Positions 1 through 10,259 of a stretch of DNA of 64,000 bases are shown here, in pieces (the stretch's first letter is position 1; each line of letters starts with the position of its first letter). The notes beneath the pieces are model-generated. The model searched no databases, was not told where the DNA came from, and saw only the letters and a program-made list of their open reading frames with translations. A program made the position numbers and the translations under genes. Source of the DNA: a virus (lineage: Duplodnaviria; Caudoviricetes); the IMG/VR virus record IMGVR_UViG_3300032167_000004, positions 160,001 through 224,000 of that record; one strand, given 5' to 3'.

Positions 1-1076
1 GTCATTAGTATTTCTACATTTAATTACTTCGATAGGAATATCTCCTTTTCCGATAAGTCCAATGTCCTTGACATTATCAGGAAGTTTCTTAATCATTCCA
101 TTCTTAGTAATTACAATTAAATGACCACTATCTTTAACTTTTACTTCATTATTTATAGTAATAATTTTACTGCGTCTTTCTTCACCAAATAATTTTATTC
201 CTTCTTTTAATTCATCAATAATAATCTTATCGATTTTCTTAGCAGAACGAACAATCTTATTTAATTTTTCAACAGTCTTATCAATTTCTTCTTTTTCTTT
301 AATATACTTTTTATATGCTTCTTTACTGAAAGCATTTAGTCTCATATCAGAAATTGTTTCAGCCTGTAAAGAAGTGATACCATATTCCTTCATCAGTCTA
401 GAAATTATTTCTTTTCTATTTTCAGATTTCTTAATAATAGACATAGTCTTTTCAGCATTATCTTTATTAAGAATAAATAACATAATTTCCAGAATATGTT
501 GTCTTTCTTTAGCAGTCATTAATTGAGTATTGAAGATACAACGCTTGGTCTCTCTTCTAAAATCGATCCAAGTCTGTAATACAGATTTAATATTATAATC
601 ATTATCTGCATAATCTTCAATTAATTTAAAATTAACATTAAAAGTTTTTTCCATATTTGTCTTGCTATAAATCATATTTACAACAGTATATGGATCAACT
701 TCTTTCTTAAGAAAAATCTGATAATGCATATTATTAAATTCAGTCATATCTTTGAAATCTCTCATCATATTAGATTTGCCATTATTTAATAATTCAAAGA
801 TAGGTCTCTTTAATTTTTCCCAAGAAGTCATTAAAGGAGTAGATCTAATATTTAAGATATTATTATCTTCATCAATTTCAATAACACCTCTCATTTTAAA
901 TCTACCTTTACCAGTTTTACAAATCTCAGGGAATTGACCCTCATCAACGATATATGCACCAGAAGATGAATCTGGATATAGCATGACAACATCAATATCA
1001 GGATTTTCAATTAAATCAATCGTTGCTTCTAAAACTTCCTTTAGGTTATACGTACATATCGACGTTGATAAACCAT
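1..1076 (-). CDS. gyrA: DNA gyrase/topoisomerase II subunit A, exon 2 (runs off the window start)
   Basis: Minus strand from 1076 reads (Y)GLSTSICTYNLKEVLEAT...LYPDSSSGAYI...KTGKGRFKMRG, matching GyrA GMATNIPPHNL.EV and PDFPTGG...TG.G. Joins exon 1 in frame. Confidence 0.9.
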
Positions 1077-2037
1077 CTTATATGTTTAAATAAGTTTGTA
1101 ATTCTTATCCCTTTAAATTTTAAAGCTCTATATTACTATAGAGAACAGACTATATCATCAACCTATATACTGTTACCATATATAGGTTGCTCTCCATTTC
1201 CATCTTACAATTAAGATGTACTCTACTCAGTTACTCTCATAAGTATTTCTCTTATGATACCTTTTCGATAGTCGTTGAACCTTCCTTATATTTATTTACA
1301 ATATTAGGGTGTCGATCCCCTTTTCTTAAATGAGTTATTAAAGCTGTTAATCTAGTGTTATCTTGATCAATATATTTATCTAAAATATAACACTTTATAT
1401 AATCATTTTTGTATTTATATACATATATCATTTGACATAGTTCATCAATAAAATCATCACTATATAGTTTGTTACCTCCACCATTACTATGATAACCATT
1501 TTCAACAGCATCCATTTGGTTTAAGTAATTATTACTCCATTCTAGATTTTCATAATAATTTTCTAGTGAATCATTATTACGATGATGTACAAAATCAAAT
1601 TCATCAGGGTTAGGATTGGGAACAAATTCCCAAGCAACTAATCTATGTATATTAACATCAACATATTTTCGCTTTTTATCAACTTTATCAGACTTTATTA
1701 ATACTACTTGCAAATATGATCTAGTTTGACCATTATCTCTAACTTGAGTTTTTATTGCAGGTTTTAGTATTTTCTTTGTCTTTTTACTATAAACTCTACC
1801 ATGATTACTAATTAAATATGTATTAGGTTTAACAGTAGGGTATGTGACATATTTCCATACTTCAGGTAATTTTATGAAAATATATAACATTTTTATATCA
1901 TCTCCTTTCATTTAATATTTTTTCGACATTTATAATTTATAAAATATAAGGCTTGGCTGCTGATTATCCATATAGGATGTTCCAGCAATTAAGAGAGTTT
2001 TCTGTATATATTACATATACAGGGACTAGTTAATTTA
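1077..2037 (-). mobile_element. Group I intron in gyrA carrying an HNH homing endonuclease
   Basis: Core elements AATTGCTGGAA, AATCAGCAGCC, TTCAACGACTA and GATATAGTC. P1 pairs exon GGAU with GUCC (U.G at the splice site); terminal G at 1077. Splicing restores ...FGIG-Y-GLST... Confidence 0.93.
1252..1890 (-). CDS. Intron-encoded NUMOD4/HNH homing endonuclease
   Basis: EVWK..YLISNHGRV (NUMOD4) and HRLVAWEF.PNP...VHH.N.....N...NLEW (HNH). AAGGAG RBS favours the ATG at 1890. The 3' end (EGSTTIEKVS) overlaps intron element R. Confidence 0.9.
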   Translation of the reverse strand: MLYIFIKLPEVWKYVTYPTVKPNTYLISNHGRVYSKKTKKILKPAIKTQVRDNGQTRSYLQVVLIKSDKVDKKRKYVDVNIHRLVAWEFVPNPNPDEFDFVHHRNNDSLENYYENLEWSNNYLNQMDAVENGYHSNGGGNKLYSDDFIDELCQMIYVYKYKNDYIKCYILDKYIDQDNTRLTALITHLRKGDRHPNIVNKYKEGSTTIEKVS

Positions 2038-2596
2038 ATCCAATTCCAAATGTATTATTAATCATCACATTAGGATATTTAGCAGGTAAATATTCCGGCT
2101 CAACCATAGTTCCTAAATAATTTAATTTAGTATTGACAATTTTATCGTTATATTCTTCGAAGAAACATTTATACGCATAATGTGTAAGTTTAGCTTCAAT
2201 ATATCGACCATCGGCAGCAGGAGCACCTGCAGGATCACCAAAGTTACCATAACCATATATAGTACATTGAATATTATTCCAAGGTTGAGCTAATTTTACT
2301 AATGTATCTTCTACAGCAGAATCACCGTGAGGATGATAATTTAATACATTACCTACAATACTTTTAACTTTTGTGGTTTCTCCATCATATTTTAAACCCA
2401 TCTTATACATGGTATAAAGAATTCTTCTTTCACCAGGTTTTAAACCATCTACGACAACTGGAATGTGTCGAACAAGATTTGTATTAGCACCAAAAATTTG
2501 CATATAAGATGAACATGCATCTGCAATATTAACAGTTTCTATATTAGAACTATAAGTTTCTACACTTACTTTATTATTTTTATTTTTTTCCTTCAT
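2038..2596 (-). CDS. gyrA: DNA gyrase/topoisomerase II subunit A, exon 1
   Basis: DGLKPGERRILY, YHPHGDSA, GNFG, catalytic RY and LPAKYPN..IN..FGIG motifs. Confidence 0.93.
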
Positions 2597-2703
2597 ATTT
2601 AATATTCACCTCATTAAATATATTACTTACATATAGTTTTGTTGAATTAGAAATATCTTTCTAATTGACTATATTAATAATATATATTTAAAAAGAATTA
2701 TAA

Positions 2704-2739
2704 AAAAAGAAAGTGGTAAATAAATACCACTTTCTTTTT
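2704..2739. terminator. Intrinsic terminator-like hairpin
   Basis: AAAGAAAGTGGTA/TACCACTTTCTTT inverted repeat with A/T tails, downstream of the DHH gene. Confidence 0.7.
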
Positions 2740-2748
2740 ATAGATTAA

Positions 2749-3786
2749 TTACTTATTTCTCATTTCACCATATACAGAAGACATTTGAACTTTTTCAGGA
2801 GGTGCTTCCTCACACATTCTAAGTCCAAAGATATCTTCTACCATGTACTTAGAAAGTCTTTCAGGGAATACAAAACCTGCACTAAGAGGATGTCCACCAC
2901 CCTTAGGACTAAAGGTCTTTGCAATCTCAGCAAGATTAACATTAGCTTCTTCAATAGCTCTCAAAGAAACTACTGAAGTATCAGGGTTAATAATTGCAGC
3001 AAACTTAATATCTTTTACATTCTTAGCAATATAATTACCAAGCTCAGAGATATAATTTTCTGCAAATACATAAGCAATATTGTATGCACCAAGATTCAGA
3101 ATTTTTACGTTACTCATCTTTTGATTAATGTAACGCTTTTTTCTATTCTCTTCAAGTTCAATAATTTCACATTCACCAGGACTAATATATTCATAACTAA
3201 ATGCATCCAATCGATGAGTAATGATTTTACTAAACCTTTTAGTTCCGAAAATGCCGAAAATAGTATTTAAATTCTTAGCATAAATACCGTCTTCACCATT
3301 CTTGGTCCAATCCCAGGTATCCCAAAGACGTACATATTCAATATATCCATTAATTACTTTTTCTTTTTCGAAGTTTGTTTCATCGTCCCAGTTGAAATAA
3401 TAATCCTTTAAATGCAACCAGAACAGTTCTGCACCACAAGTTTTACGATTACCGTAAGACTCACGTACAATCGCCCATTCATATTTACTATTTACGTAAT
3501 TAGATCTATGATGGTCTAACATTCTAAATTTATACTTATTAACTTCATCAATAAGCTTACCGGTAGCTTCTTTGATTACCAAATCAGTAATAAATACTTT
3601 ATTAAACTTCAAGTATTCATCACTTTTAATAAACTCATTGATCTGGGTATCAACATCTTTAGGAGTACAGTATGTAATATCTACATTATCCCCAAAGATT
3701 ACAGTTGCGAGAATACCACAACTAATACCATCCAGATCACTGTCGGTAAATAACTTAATACGCTCATTATTGCTCATAGTTTTCAT
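2749..3786 (-). CDS. DHH/DHHA1 family phosphoesterase
   Basis: DxDLDG, ITDL, LDHH and GGGHPLSAG motifs. Confidence 0.88.
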   Translation of the reverse strand: MKTMSNNERIKLFTDSDLDGISCGILATVIFGDNVDITYCTPKDVDTQINEFIKSDEYLKFNKVFITDLVIKEATGKLIDEVNKYKFRMLDHHRSNYVNSKYEWAIVRESYGNRKTCGAELFWLHLKDYYFNWDDETNFEKEKVINGYIEYVRLWDTWDWTKNGEDGIYAKNLNTIFGIFGTKRFSKIITHRLDAFSYEYISPGECEIIELEENRKKRYINQKMSNVKILNLGAYNIAYVFAENYISELGNYIAKNVKDIKFAAIINPDTSVVSLRAIEEANVNLAEIAKTFSPKGGGHPLSAGFVFPERLSKYMVEDIFGLRMCEEAPPEKVQMSSVYGEMRNK

Positions 3787-3847
3787 TGTCCTTTCATTTT
3801 ATATTATTACTATAATTATAATATATAATTAAAATTATAGATAATAC

Positions 3848-4177
3848 TTATTTTGTATTATTAATAAATTTCACATTCTCTTCAATCAATAATTTAATTT
3901 TACGATTTACAAAATATTTTAAATCATTAAAGTCTGTATGATTAGTAATTATATAGTCACCAGTGATAATATTAACAATAGGACTTTCATAATTTAAAAT
4001 TAATTCATATAATCCTTCTTGATTAATCTCACCATTATAAATCATATTATATACTTTAGAATGAACTGCAATGGTTAATCCTGCTTCATAAATAGCATCT
4101 CCACGTAACATTCCCAGCATATCTATAAATTCCTGTTTATCTTCTTGTAAACGTTGCTTTGCTTTTAATTCTTTCAT
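3848..4177 (-). CDS. Hypothetical protein
   Basis: 109 aa ORF with AGGAG RBS, co-oriented with its neighbours. Confidence 0.7.
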   Translation of the reverse strand: MKELKAKQRLQEDKQEFIDMLGMLRGDAIYEAGLTIAVHSKVYNMIYNGEINQEGLYELILNYESPIVNIITGDYIITNHTDFNDLKYFVNRKIKLLIEENVKFINNTK

Positions 4178-4195
4178 TATAATATAGCTCCTATA

Positions 4196-4474
4196 TTATA
4201 CTTCTACAATATACCAGTCTTCTGCAAGACAATCTCTAGTAGAGGGAGCCCACATGGCATGAGAACCATCCGTTGTACTGATCTGAAGATAAGGATCACA
4301 TTTGAAAAGATCACCTTCATTTAAACCCCATGCTTCAGCAGTCTGTTTGTTGCAAGGGATTCCCTGAGGATATCCCTTTTGATAAACAACAAACATACCT
4401 TTTCCGTTCCAACCCTGTCTAGCAACTTTCTTACCAGACTTTACTGCTTTCAAAGCTTCACCAAAATCAAACAT
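4196..4474 (-). CDS. DUF2829 / Tad2-like anti-defence nucleotide sponge
   Basis: FGEAL.A.K.GKKVAR.GWNGKGMF and W.PS..D.LAEDW signatures. Confidence 0.82.
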   Translation of the reverse strand: MFDFGEALKAVKSGKKVARQGWNGKGMFVVYQKGYPQGIPCNKQTAEAWGLNEGDLFKCDPYLQISTTDGSHAMWAPSTRDCLAEDWYIVEV

Positions 4475-4488
4475 ATTATTTCCTCCTA

Positions 4489-6879
4489 TTAATTATCAAG
4501 ATCTTCTCTATCAATCTTGAAGTGTTCCATTAATAATCTTCTTTCAGAAGAATCATCACCATGTAAAATATTAAATTTCTCTAAATCTCTTTCCATATCA
4601 GAAATAGATAATCTAATAAGAATTCTATTTCTAGGGTCAAGAGATTGATCTCTTAAATCTGCAGCAGGTAATTCACCGATTCCCTTATAACGAGTTTTAA
4701 TAACAGGTTGATATTTCTGAGCCATCGATAAGAAATTACCAAGACTCATTATACCTTTATCAATAACTCCATCCTTAGTCTTTTCATAGACATCTAAATA
4801 CATAGTTTTATTTTCAGTATGGATAAAATCTTCTAATTCTTTTACTCTCTTATCGAAAATTTTATCCATAATAAGAATTTGATATCTTCCTTCATAAATA
4901 CCAGTTAATACATTGTCTTCATCAATACCTAATTCAGGGAAAATCTTTTTAAATTTTTTATAAAAATCTTTCTCTGTACGATGAATCAAAATATATTCTA
5001 ATATATTAGGATTAATAACGATTCTATTAGATAAACGAATTAATTCTTCAAGATAATTCTTATTAATCATAAGAAGTTCTTGTAATTCTTTATCTGTATA
5101 AAATCTATTAGTTCCTGGCATTTTTACACTAAGATTATCTCTAACTTGTCTTTCAAAGATTTCTACAAATTCTTTTTTATTAAGAACAAATTCTTTATAT
5201 TTACTCTTAATTTTATATAAAGGAGTTACAGCCTTATATAATCTACCGTCTTTAACAATCTCAGGAAGATGTGTCATAAAGAATGCTGATAATAATGATG
5301 TAATATTAAATCCGTCAGAGTCTGCGTCAGCCATAATTATGATCTTATCATATCTTAATTTAGACATATCGAATTTATGACCACAGTTACATCCAAGAAT
5401 TTTAATAAGATTATTAAATTCAGCATTTAATAACACTTTGTCAATATTTAGCCCAAATGAATTAAGAGGAACACCTCTAATACTGAAAACTGCCTGAGTG
5501 TCTCTATCGAATCTAGCCGAATTCACAGAGCCACGAGCACTCTTACCCTCAATAATAAGGAGTTCTCGATATTCATTCTTACCTCTATTATTTGCAGGAA
5601 TAAAATTTTCCATTAAGTGTTCTTCAAAGCTATTAGTTTCTCCTCTAATAACTGAATTTCTGACCTTAGTAGATTCTATTCTTGCTTTAGCATTTGTCTT
5701 AACCCTATCAATAAGCTTCTTTAACTCTTTAGGATTTTTACCGAAGTATTCATTAAGAGATTTATAAGTCATTTCTCTTAAAGGTTTAAAGAACTCATTA
5801 CTACCAAGTTTTGATTTAGTCTGACCTGTAAACTGAGGATTCATATCTGTGCTTAAATTAACAGCTAAGAATAATCCTTGTGAAGCATCAGTAAATATAA
5901 TATCTATTTTATTAGATTCTCTTTCAGATAAAGAATCTTTTGTTTTCTTAGTTAAAAACTGCAATATGGCAGTTTTGACAGCATCAACATGTGTACCCTG
6001 ATCTACAGTATTAACGAAATTACAGAAAGATTCACTTTCAAATTCTACACTAGAAGAATTATAAGTAAACGCCACTTCAAGTCCAATAAATCTATCGATT
6101 ACTCTATCATGAATAGTTTCTTTAACTTTCATGGTTTCAATAAAAGTTATTGGATCTAAAAGAGGTCGTGTACATAACTTCTTAACTAAGTCGTATAAAC
6201 CATTCTTATTAGAATACTTTTTATTGACAAGTGATTCTTTTCCTTTTTTCTTAATACTAAGATTGATTTTAATATCAGATGGGATAAGGTATACAATCTT
6301 TTCAACCCAATTAATTAAATCATCAGAATTAATATCACAATCTTTACCCATATATAATCTGGAAGGTTGGATAATAAAAGTTGTACCATGTTTATCTTTA
6401 TTTTTAATTTTAGTAGTAGATTGAGGTTCAATCAATTTACCTTCACTAAAACTTACTTTAGATTTTTCACCATATCTATAAGATATAATTTCAAATCTGT
6501 TAGACAAGGCATTGCAACAAGTTAGGCCTACGCCGTTCTCGCCTGCACTATTAGCACCAGAACCTTCACGAGTAAATTTAGATCCTGATTGTAATGTAGT
6601 ACATACTAATATTAAATTTTTAAAATCAATACCTCTACCATTATCAGATACAGTTATTTCATTTTCACCCTCATCTAAAAATATATCTATATTATTAGCA
6701 GGTGAATTTTTATTAATACATTCATCAATAGCGTTATTGATTAATTCTTTACAAAGATGAAGAGCACCCATAGAACCCGTTTGTGCAATATACATATTCG
6801 GTTTCACTTGGACTTTCTCAATATCACTGACTATATGCTCTATTTTATCATCTATAAATTTTTTTGTTTCTTCAATCAT
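4489..6879 (-). CDS. gyrB: DNA gyrase/topoisomerase II subunit B
   Basis: GHKL motifs ELINNAIDE, DNGRG and GENGVG; TOPRIM motifs EGKSA and MADADSDG; RYKGIGE. Confidence 0.95.
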   Translation of the reverse strand: MIEETKKFIDDKIEHIVSDIEKVQVKPNMYIAQTGSMGALHLCKELINNAIDECINKNSPANNIDIFLDEGENEITVSDNGRGIDFKNLILVCTTLQSGSKFTREGSGANSAGENGVGLTCCNALSNRFEIISYRYGEKSKVSFSEGKLIEPQSTTKIKNKDKHGTTFIIQPSRLYMGKDCDINSDDLINWVEKIVYLIPSDIKINLSIKKKGKESLVNKKYSNKNGLYDLVKKLCTRPLLDPITFIETMKVKETIHDRVIDRFIGLEVAFTYNSSSVEFESESFCNFVNTVDQGTHVDAVKTAILQFLTKKTKDSLSERESNKIDIIFTDASQGLFLAVNLSTDMNPQFTGQTKSKLGSNEFFKPLREMTYKSLNEYFGKNPKELKKLIDRVKTNAKARIESTKVRNSVIRGETNSFEEHLMENFIPANNRGKNEYRELLIIEGKSARGSVNSARFDRDTQAVFSIRGVPLNSFGLNIDKVLLNAEFNNLIKILGCNCGHKFDMSKLRYDKIIIMADADSDGFNITSLLSAFFMTHLPEIVKDGRLYKAVTPLYKIKSKYKEFVLNKKEFVEIFERQVRDNLSVKMPGTNRFYTDKELQELLMINKNYLEELIRLSNRIVINPNILEYILIHRTEKDFYKKFKKIFPELGIDEDNVLTGIYEGRYQILIMDKIFDKRVKELEDFIHTENKTMYLDVYEKTKDGVIDKGIMSLGNFLSMAQKYQPVIKTRYKGIGELPAADLRDQSLDPRNRILIRLSISDMERDLEKFNILHGDDSSERRLLMEHFKIDREDLDN

Positions 6880-6973
6880 AATTGATCACCCTTTCATAGT
6901 TATGTTTAGGGTTTAATTATTTTGTAATATACCCCAGTACTTATAGGGACATAGTAAATAATTTGTTAAAAAA

Positions 6974-7015
6974 ATAGATACGGATAATACCTTATGTGAT
7001 ATTATCCGTATCTAT
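6974..7015. terminator. Terminator hairpin
   Basis: ATAGATACGGATAATA/TATTATCCGTATCTAT inverted repeat. Confidence 0.7.
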
Positions 7016-7059
7016 AAATACTAATTAATTACCGGTAATTAATTAATTATTAATATTGA

Positions 7060-7605
7060 TTAATACTTATTTCTCTTTCCGTTGGAAGGAATAAACTCAA
7101 CACTATTAATACCGAAACTACCGAAATCATCGTTACGATTGTGCTTCTTCTTTTTCTTGTCATTCTTACCATACTTGTTGACAACACGTTCATACAGAGT
7201 AGGCATTTCATTCAGATTATACAGCAACTTACCAAGCTGAACCATGATAGACTTTTCCTTTTCAGGATTGTCAGACATTGCCTTAATCTGATTAACCATG
7301 TTACCAATAGTTTCGATAGCTCTTTCATAGTCCTTCTTAGAAACAACATCGAAACTAAATTCTTCACCACACTTCTTACAACGAACTCTATTATTAGAAA
7401 TGAAGTCAACCTTCAGCTTACCATTAGAGTTAGTATGAGAGCAAGGAATCTTAACTTCGTTCCACTTACGCTCAAGCTTTTCTCTTTCAGCTCTAATATC
7501 CTGCAGAGTCAGAATATCATAATCACACTTATTCTTGTGTTCTTTATTCTTCTTCTTGTCCTTCTTTTCCTCGAATCCAAACTGATCCTTGTCAAACTTG
7601 CTCAT
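7060..7605 (-). CDS. Lysine-rich hypothetical protein with a putative zinc ribbon
   Basis: CSH...CKKC; strong GGAGG RBS; TATATATTAT promoter motif at 7687-7696. Confidence 0.7.
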   Translation of the reverse strand: MSKFDKDQFGFEEKKDKKKNKEHKNKCDYDILTLQDIRAEREKLERKWNEVKIPCSHTNSNGKLKVDFISNNRVRCKKCGEEFSFDVVSKKDYERAIETIGNMVNQIKAMSDNPEKEKSIMVQLGKLLYNLNEMPTLYERVVNKYGKNDKKKKKHNRNDDFGSFGINSVEFIPSNGKRNKY

Positions 7606-7717
7606 AAAATTTTTGTCCTCCTAAAATAAAAGTTTAATATAAATTTATCAGCAAATAAATTTAATTATTTATCTGTTGATACTTAAATAATATATAATTA
7701 TAATTTATTTTGATTTT

Positions 7718-7996
7718 TTAAGGTCTAATAGAAATACGGTCATATGCTTCAGTAGGAATACCACTATCTCTAACAATAATACATTGTACATTAGATACAT
7801 TTCTAATTACATGGAAAGGATTACCTTTAGAATCAAATGCAATATCTTGAATAGATTCTAAGTCTTCAACATATACATTTGCTAAAGAGAATTCACCCTT
7901 ACCAAAAGTGATAGCACCAGAATTATCGAATCCAATACCAAGAATATTTTCTTCACCATAATAATTAATTAATTTCTTAAATTCTGCACCAGTCAT
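7718..7996 (-). CDS. Hypothetical protein
   Basis: AAGGAG RBS and AACA-N6-TA motif upstream. Confidence 0.7.
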   Translation of the reverse strand: MTGAEFKKLINYYGEENILGIGFDNSGAITFGKGEFSLANVYVEDLESIQDIAFDSKGNPFHVIRNVSNVQCIIVRDSGIPTEAYDRISIRP

Positions 7997-8084
7997 AATA
8001 TAACACTCCTTTATAATTAATTCAATTACTAATTTGTTTTATAAAGAATTTAAATATAAAATACCATTATTAATAGCTTGTGAA

Positions 8085-8096
8085 AACATTTATATA
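8085..8096 (+). promoter_or_regulatory. AR9-type late promoter motif AACA-N6-TA (representative of about 15 copies)
   Basis: On + at 8085, 11491, 21543, 25711, 26753, 34483; on - at 2632, 6895 (TG), 8027, 11449, 18234, 50986, 52226, 54476, 58722. Confidence 0.75.
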
Positions 8097-8128
8097 AAAA
8101 ACTTTATATAGAAGGGAGTAAAATCCAT

Positions 8129-9733
8129 ATGAGATATTTATATAAGGGTAAAACCAAAATTGGAAAAATTCATGTGAAAACTAAGGTTGATACCTCTTTT
8201 ATTACTGCTGGTCCTGAGGATATCGTTGCTGGTAAAAAAACTATAAATGGCAATTATCAAGAAATTACTGGTACTATGGATGTTAATGAAGTATTAACTG
8301 AATTAACATCTGATGCTACTGCATCTGCTTCTGATATTACTGCTGGTAAGATTGGATATGCTAATGGAAAAAGACTAGTTGGTACTACACCGAGAAGTAT
8401 TGCAGGAACTCTTATGACAAATAGTGTAATTGATACATATCCTGTTGCGGATAATGTAAATATTAACGCAGGTGATTTTGTATCAGTTGATAGTGTTTCA
8501 GATGGGTTTATACGTCATAACACAGGCAATAGTTCTATTAATTCATACAGTACTGGAGCTTCAAATTATTCAAATATTATTCGATTAAATGATTCTAAAG
8601 CATTATTAATATATAGTGATGGAGGAATCAATAATCGTGGTATTACTAAATTTATTACAGTTAACGGTGTTACAACTATATCTAGTCAGAATACAATTTT
8701 TAATGATTCAGAAACAACCAATATACATGCAGTACAATTAACAAATAATTACATTTTAGTAGCATATTTAGGTCATAATGGATTTCAGATAACTAATGAA
8801 TGTAGATTAATTTATATTGATGATACTTTTACAAATATATCTATATCAAATCCTTTTGTATTTTATAATGATATAACTACAAAAATTAATGTTACTAAAT
8901 TAACTAATAATAAATGTATCATCTCATATATATCATCTAAAAAAATATATTCATTAGTTGCAAATATAGATATATATAATAGATTAGTAACCTTCGGCAA
9001 TACAATCTTAATTGAAACTTCGGGTTCTGCAATAGATATTAAATCTGTTAATATTTCAGATACAAAAGTTTTATTTGCATATATTGATAATTTAACTGGA
9101 AAAATTTGTGATTTATCAATAATCAATGATAATATTAATATAGGCACAAGTCAAGTATTTATTAATAATACTGATACTATAAATCTAATAAAAATGTCAA
9201 ATACTAAATTTTTATTATTATTTACAAATAAATCTGATAATAATACATATGCACGTCTTATTTACTATAATAGAGAACGGGCAATATTATTGCCAAATGC
9301 TACTAAAATTTGTGATGGAACTATGAATTTAATAACTGGTATTAAAATATCTACAAATAGAGCATTTGTGATGGGTCTCAGTCCTACATCAACTGCAATA
9401 AATTATATGTATATTATTACTAATCCTATAAATACAATCAATACATCGATAATATGGTCGCATCCAGCTAGTGATCCTAATTATCTAAATGTAATACAGA
9501 TATCTGATCATGTAGCACTTATTATATTTAATAATACAATAAGTATACCTCTACACGGATGTGCTCGGCTATTACAACTTGGTGGACAGATCACTTCTGC
9601 ATTTGATGGATCGATAACTAAGAGTAAATATGTTGTAAATAAATCAACAGGGGTAGGATCAATTACTGGTATTGCAAATACATCTGGATCTTCTGGTGAA
9701 ATAATTGAAGTTATTACCCCTTCAATATCATAA
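8129..9733 (+). CDS. Putative virion surface/fibre protein with beta-propeller-like repeats
   Basis: N-terminal TA...DI.AGK..Y.NG repeats and ~50 aa repeats (L.D.K.L..Y...I..G....F); late-type promoter motif upstream. Confidence 0.55.
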   Translation: MRYLYKGKTKIGKIHVKTKVDTSFITAGPEDIVAGKKTINGNYQEITGTMDVNEVLTELTSDATASASDITAGKIGYANGKRLVGTTPRSIAGTLMTNSVIDTYPVADNVNINAGDFVSVDSVSDGFIRHNTGNSSINSYSTGASNYSNIIRLNDSKALLIYSDGGINNRGITKFITVNGVTTISSQNTIFNDSETTNIHAVQLTNNYILVAYLGHNGFQITNECRLIYIDDTFTNISISNPFVFYNDITTKINVTKLTNNKCIISYISSKKIYSLVANIDIYNRLVTFGNTILIETSGSAIDIKSVNISDTKVLFAYIDNLTGKICDLSIINDNINIGTSQVFINNTDTINLIKMSNTKFLLLFTNKSDNNTYARLIYYNRERAILLPNATKICDGTMNLITGIKISTNRAFVMGLSPTSTAINYMYIITNPINTINTSIIWSHPASDPNYLNVIQISDHVALIIFNNTISIPLHGCARLLQLGGQITSAFDGSITKSKYVVNKSTGVGSITGIANTSGSSGEIIEVITPSIS

Positions 9734-9753
9734 TATAGGAAGGTGAAATTAAG

Positions 9754-10221
9754 ATGCCTTTACATATAAATACTAAAGAATATATGACCAACGTTGTTAT
9801 CGATAGAGGTTTATCTAATATCAATATTAAAAATATTGATATTAGACCTGGTAAAGTTTCAATAGACTCTGTTGGTAATAAATTAGAAGCAGCTTCATCT
9901 ACGGAATTCTTATCAATTTTCACTAGTGATGGAAATATAACACCAAATGATGTTACATTAAATAAAATAGCATATAGTAATGGTAAAAAAATTATTGGTT
10001 CTGCTCAATCAACTATAAATGACTATACCAATTTAATTAATGGTACAATAGTAGAACGTGTAGTGTCACAAAATACTATAATATCAGTTGGTGAATTTGT
10101 ATACGTATTACCTGATACCAATGTGACAACATATAGAATTAATACAGCTATAAGTGGTATTGCTCTTCAAGCTGGATCAGCTGGTGATGTTATTAAAATA
10201 GTTATACCTAATCAAAATTAA
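9754..10221 (+). CDS. Short paralogue of the upstream virion protein
   Basis: Shares KIAYSNGKKIIG, I..G.FV and I.GIA...G..G..I....P segments with 8129-9733. Confidence 0.6.
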   Translation: MPLHINTKEYMTNVVIDRGLSNINIKNIDIRPGKVSIDSVGNKLEAASSTEFLSIFTSDGNITPNDVTLNKIAYSNGKKIIGSAQSTINDYTNLINGTIVERVVSQNTIISVGEFVYVLPDTNVTTYRINTAISGIALQAGSAGDVIKIVIPNQN

Positions 10222-10259
10222 AAATAATAGAGATAACGGAATATTCCGTTATCTCTATT

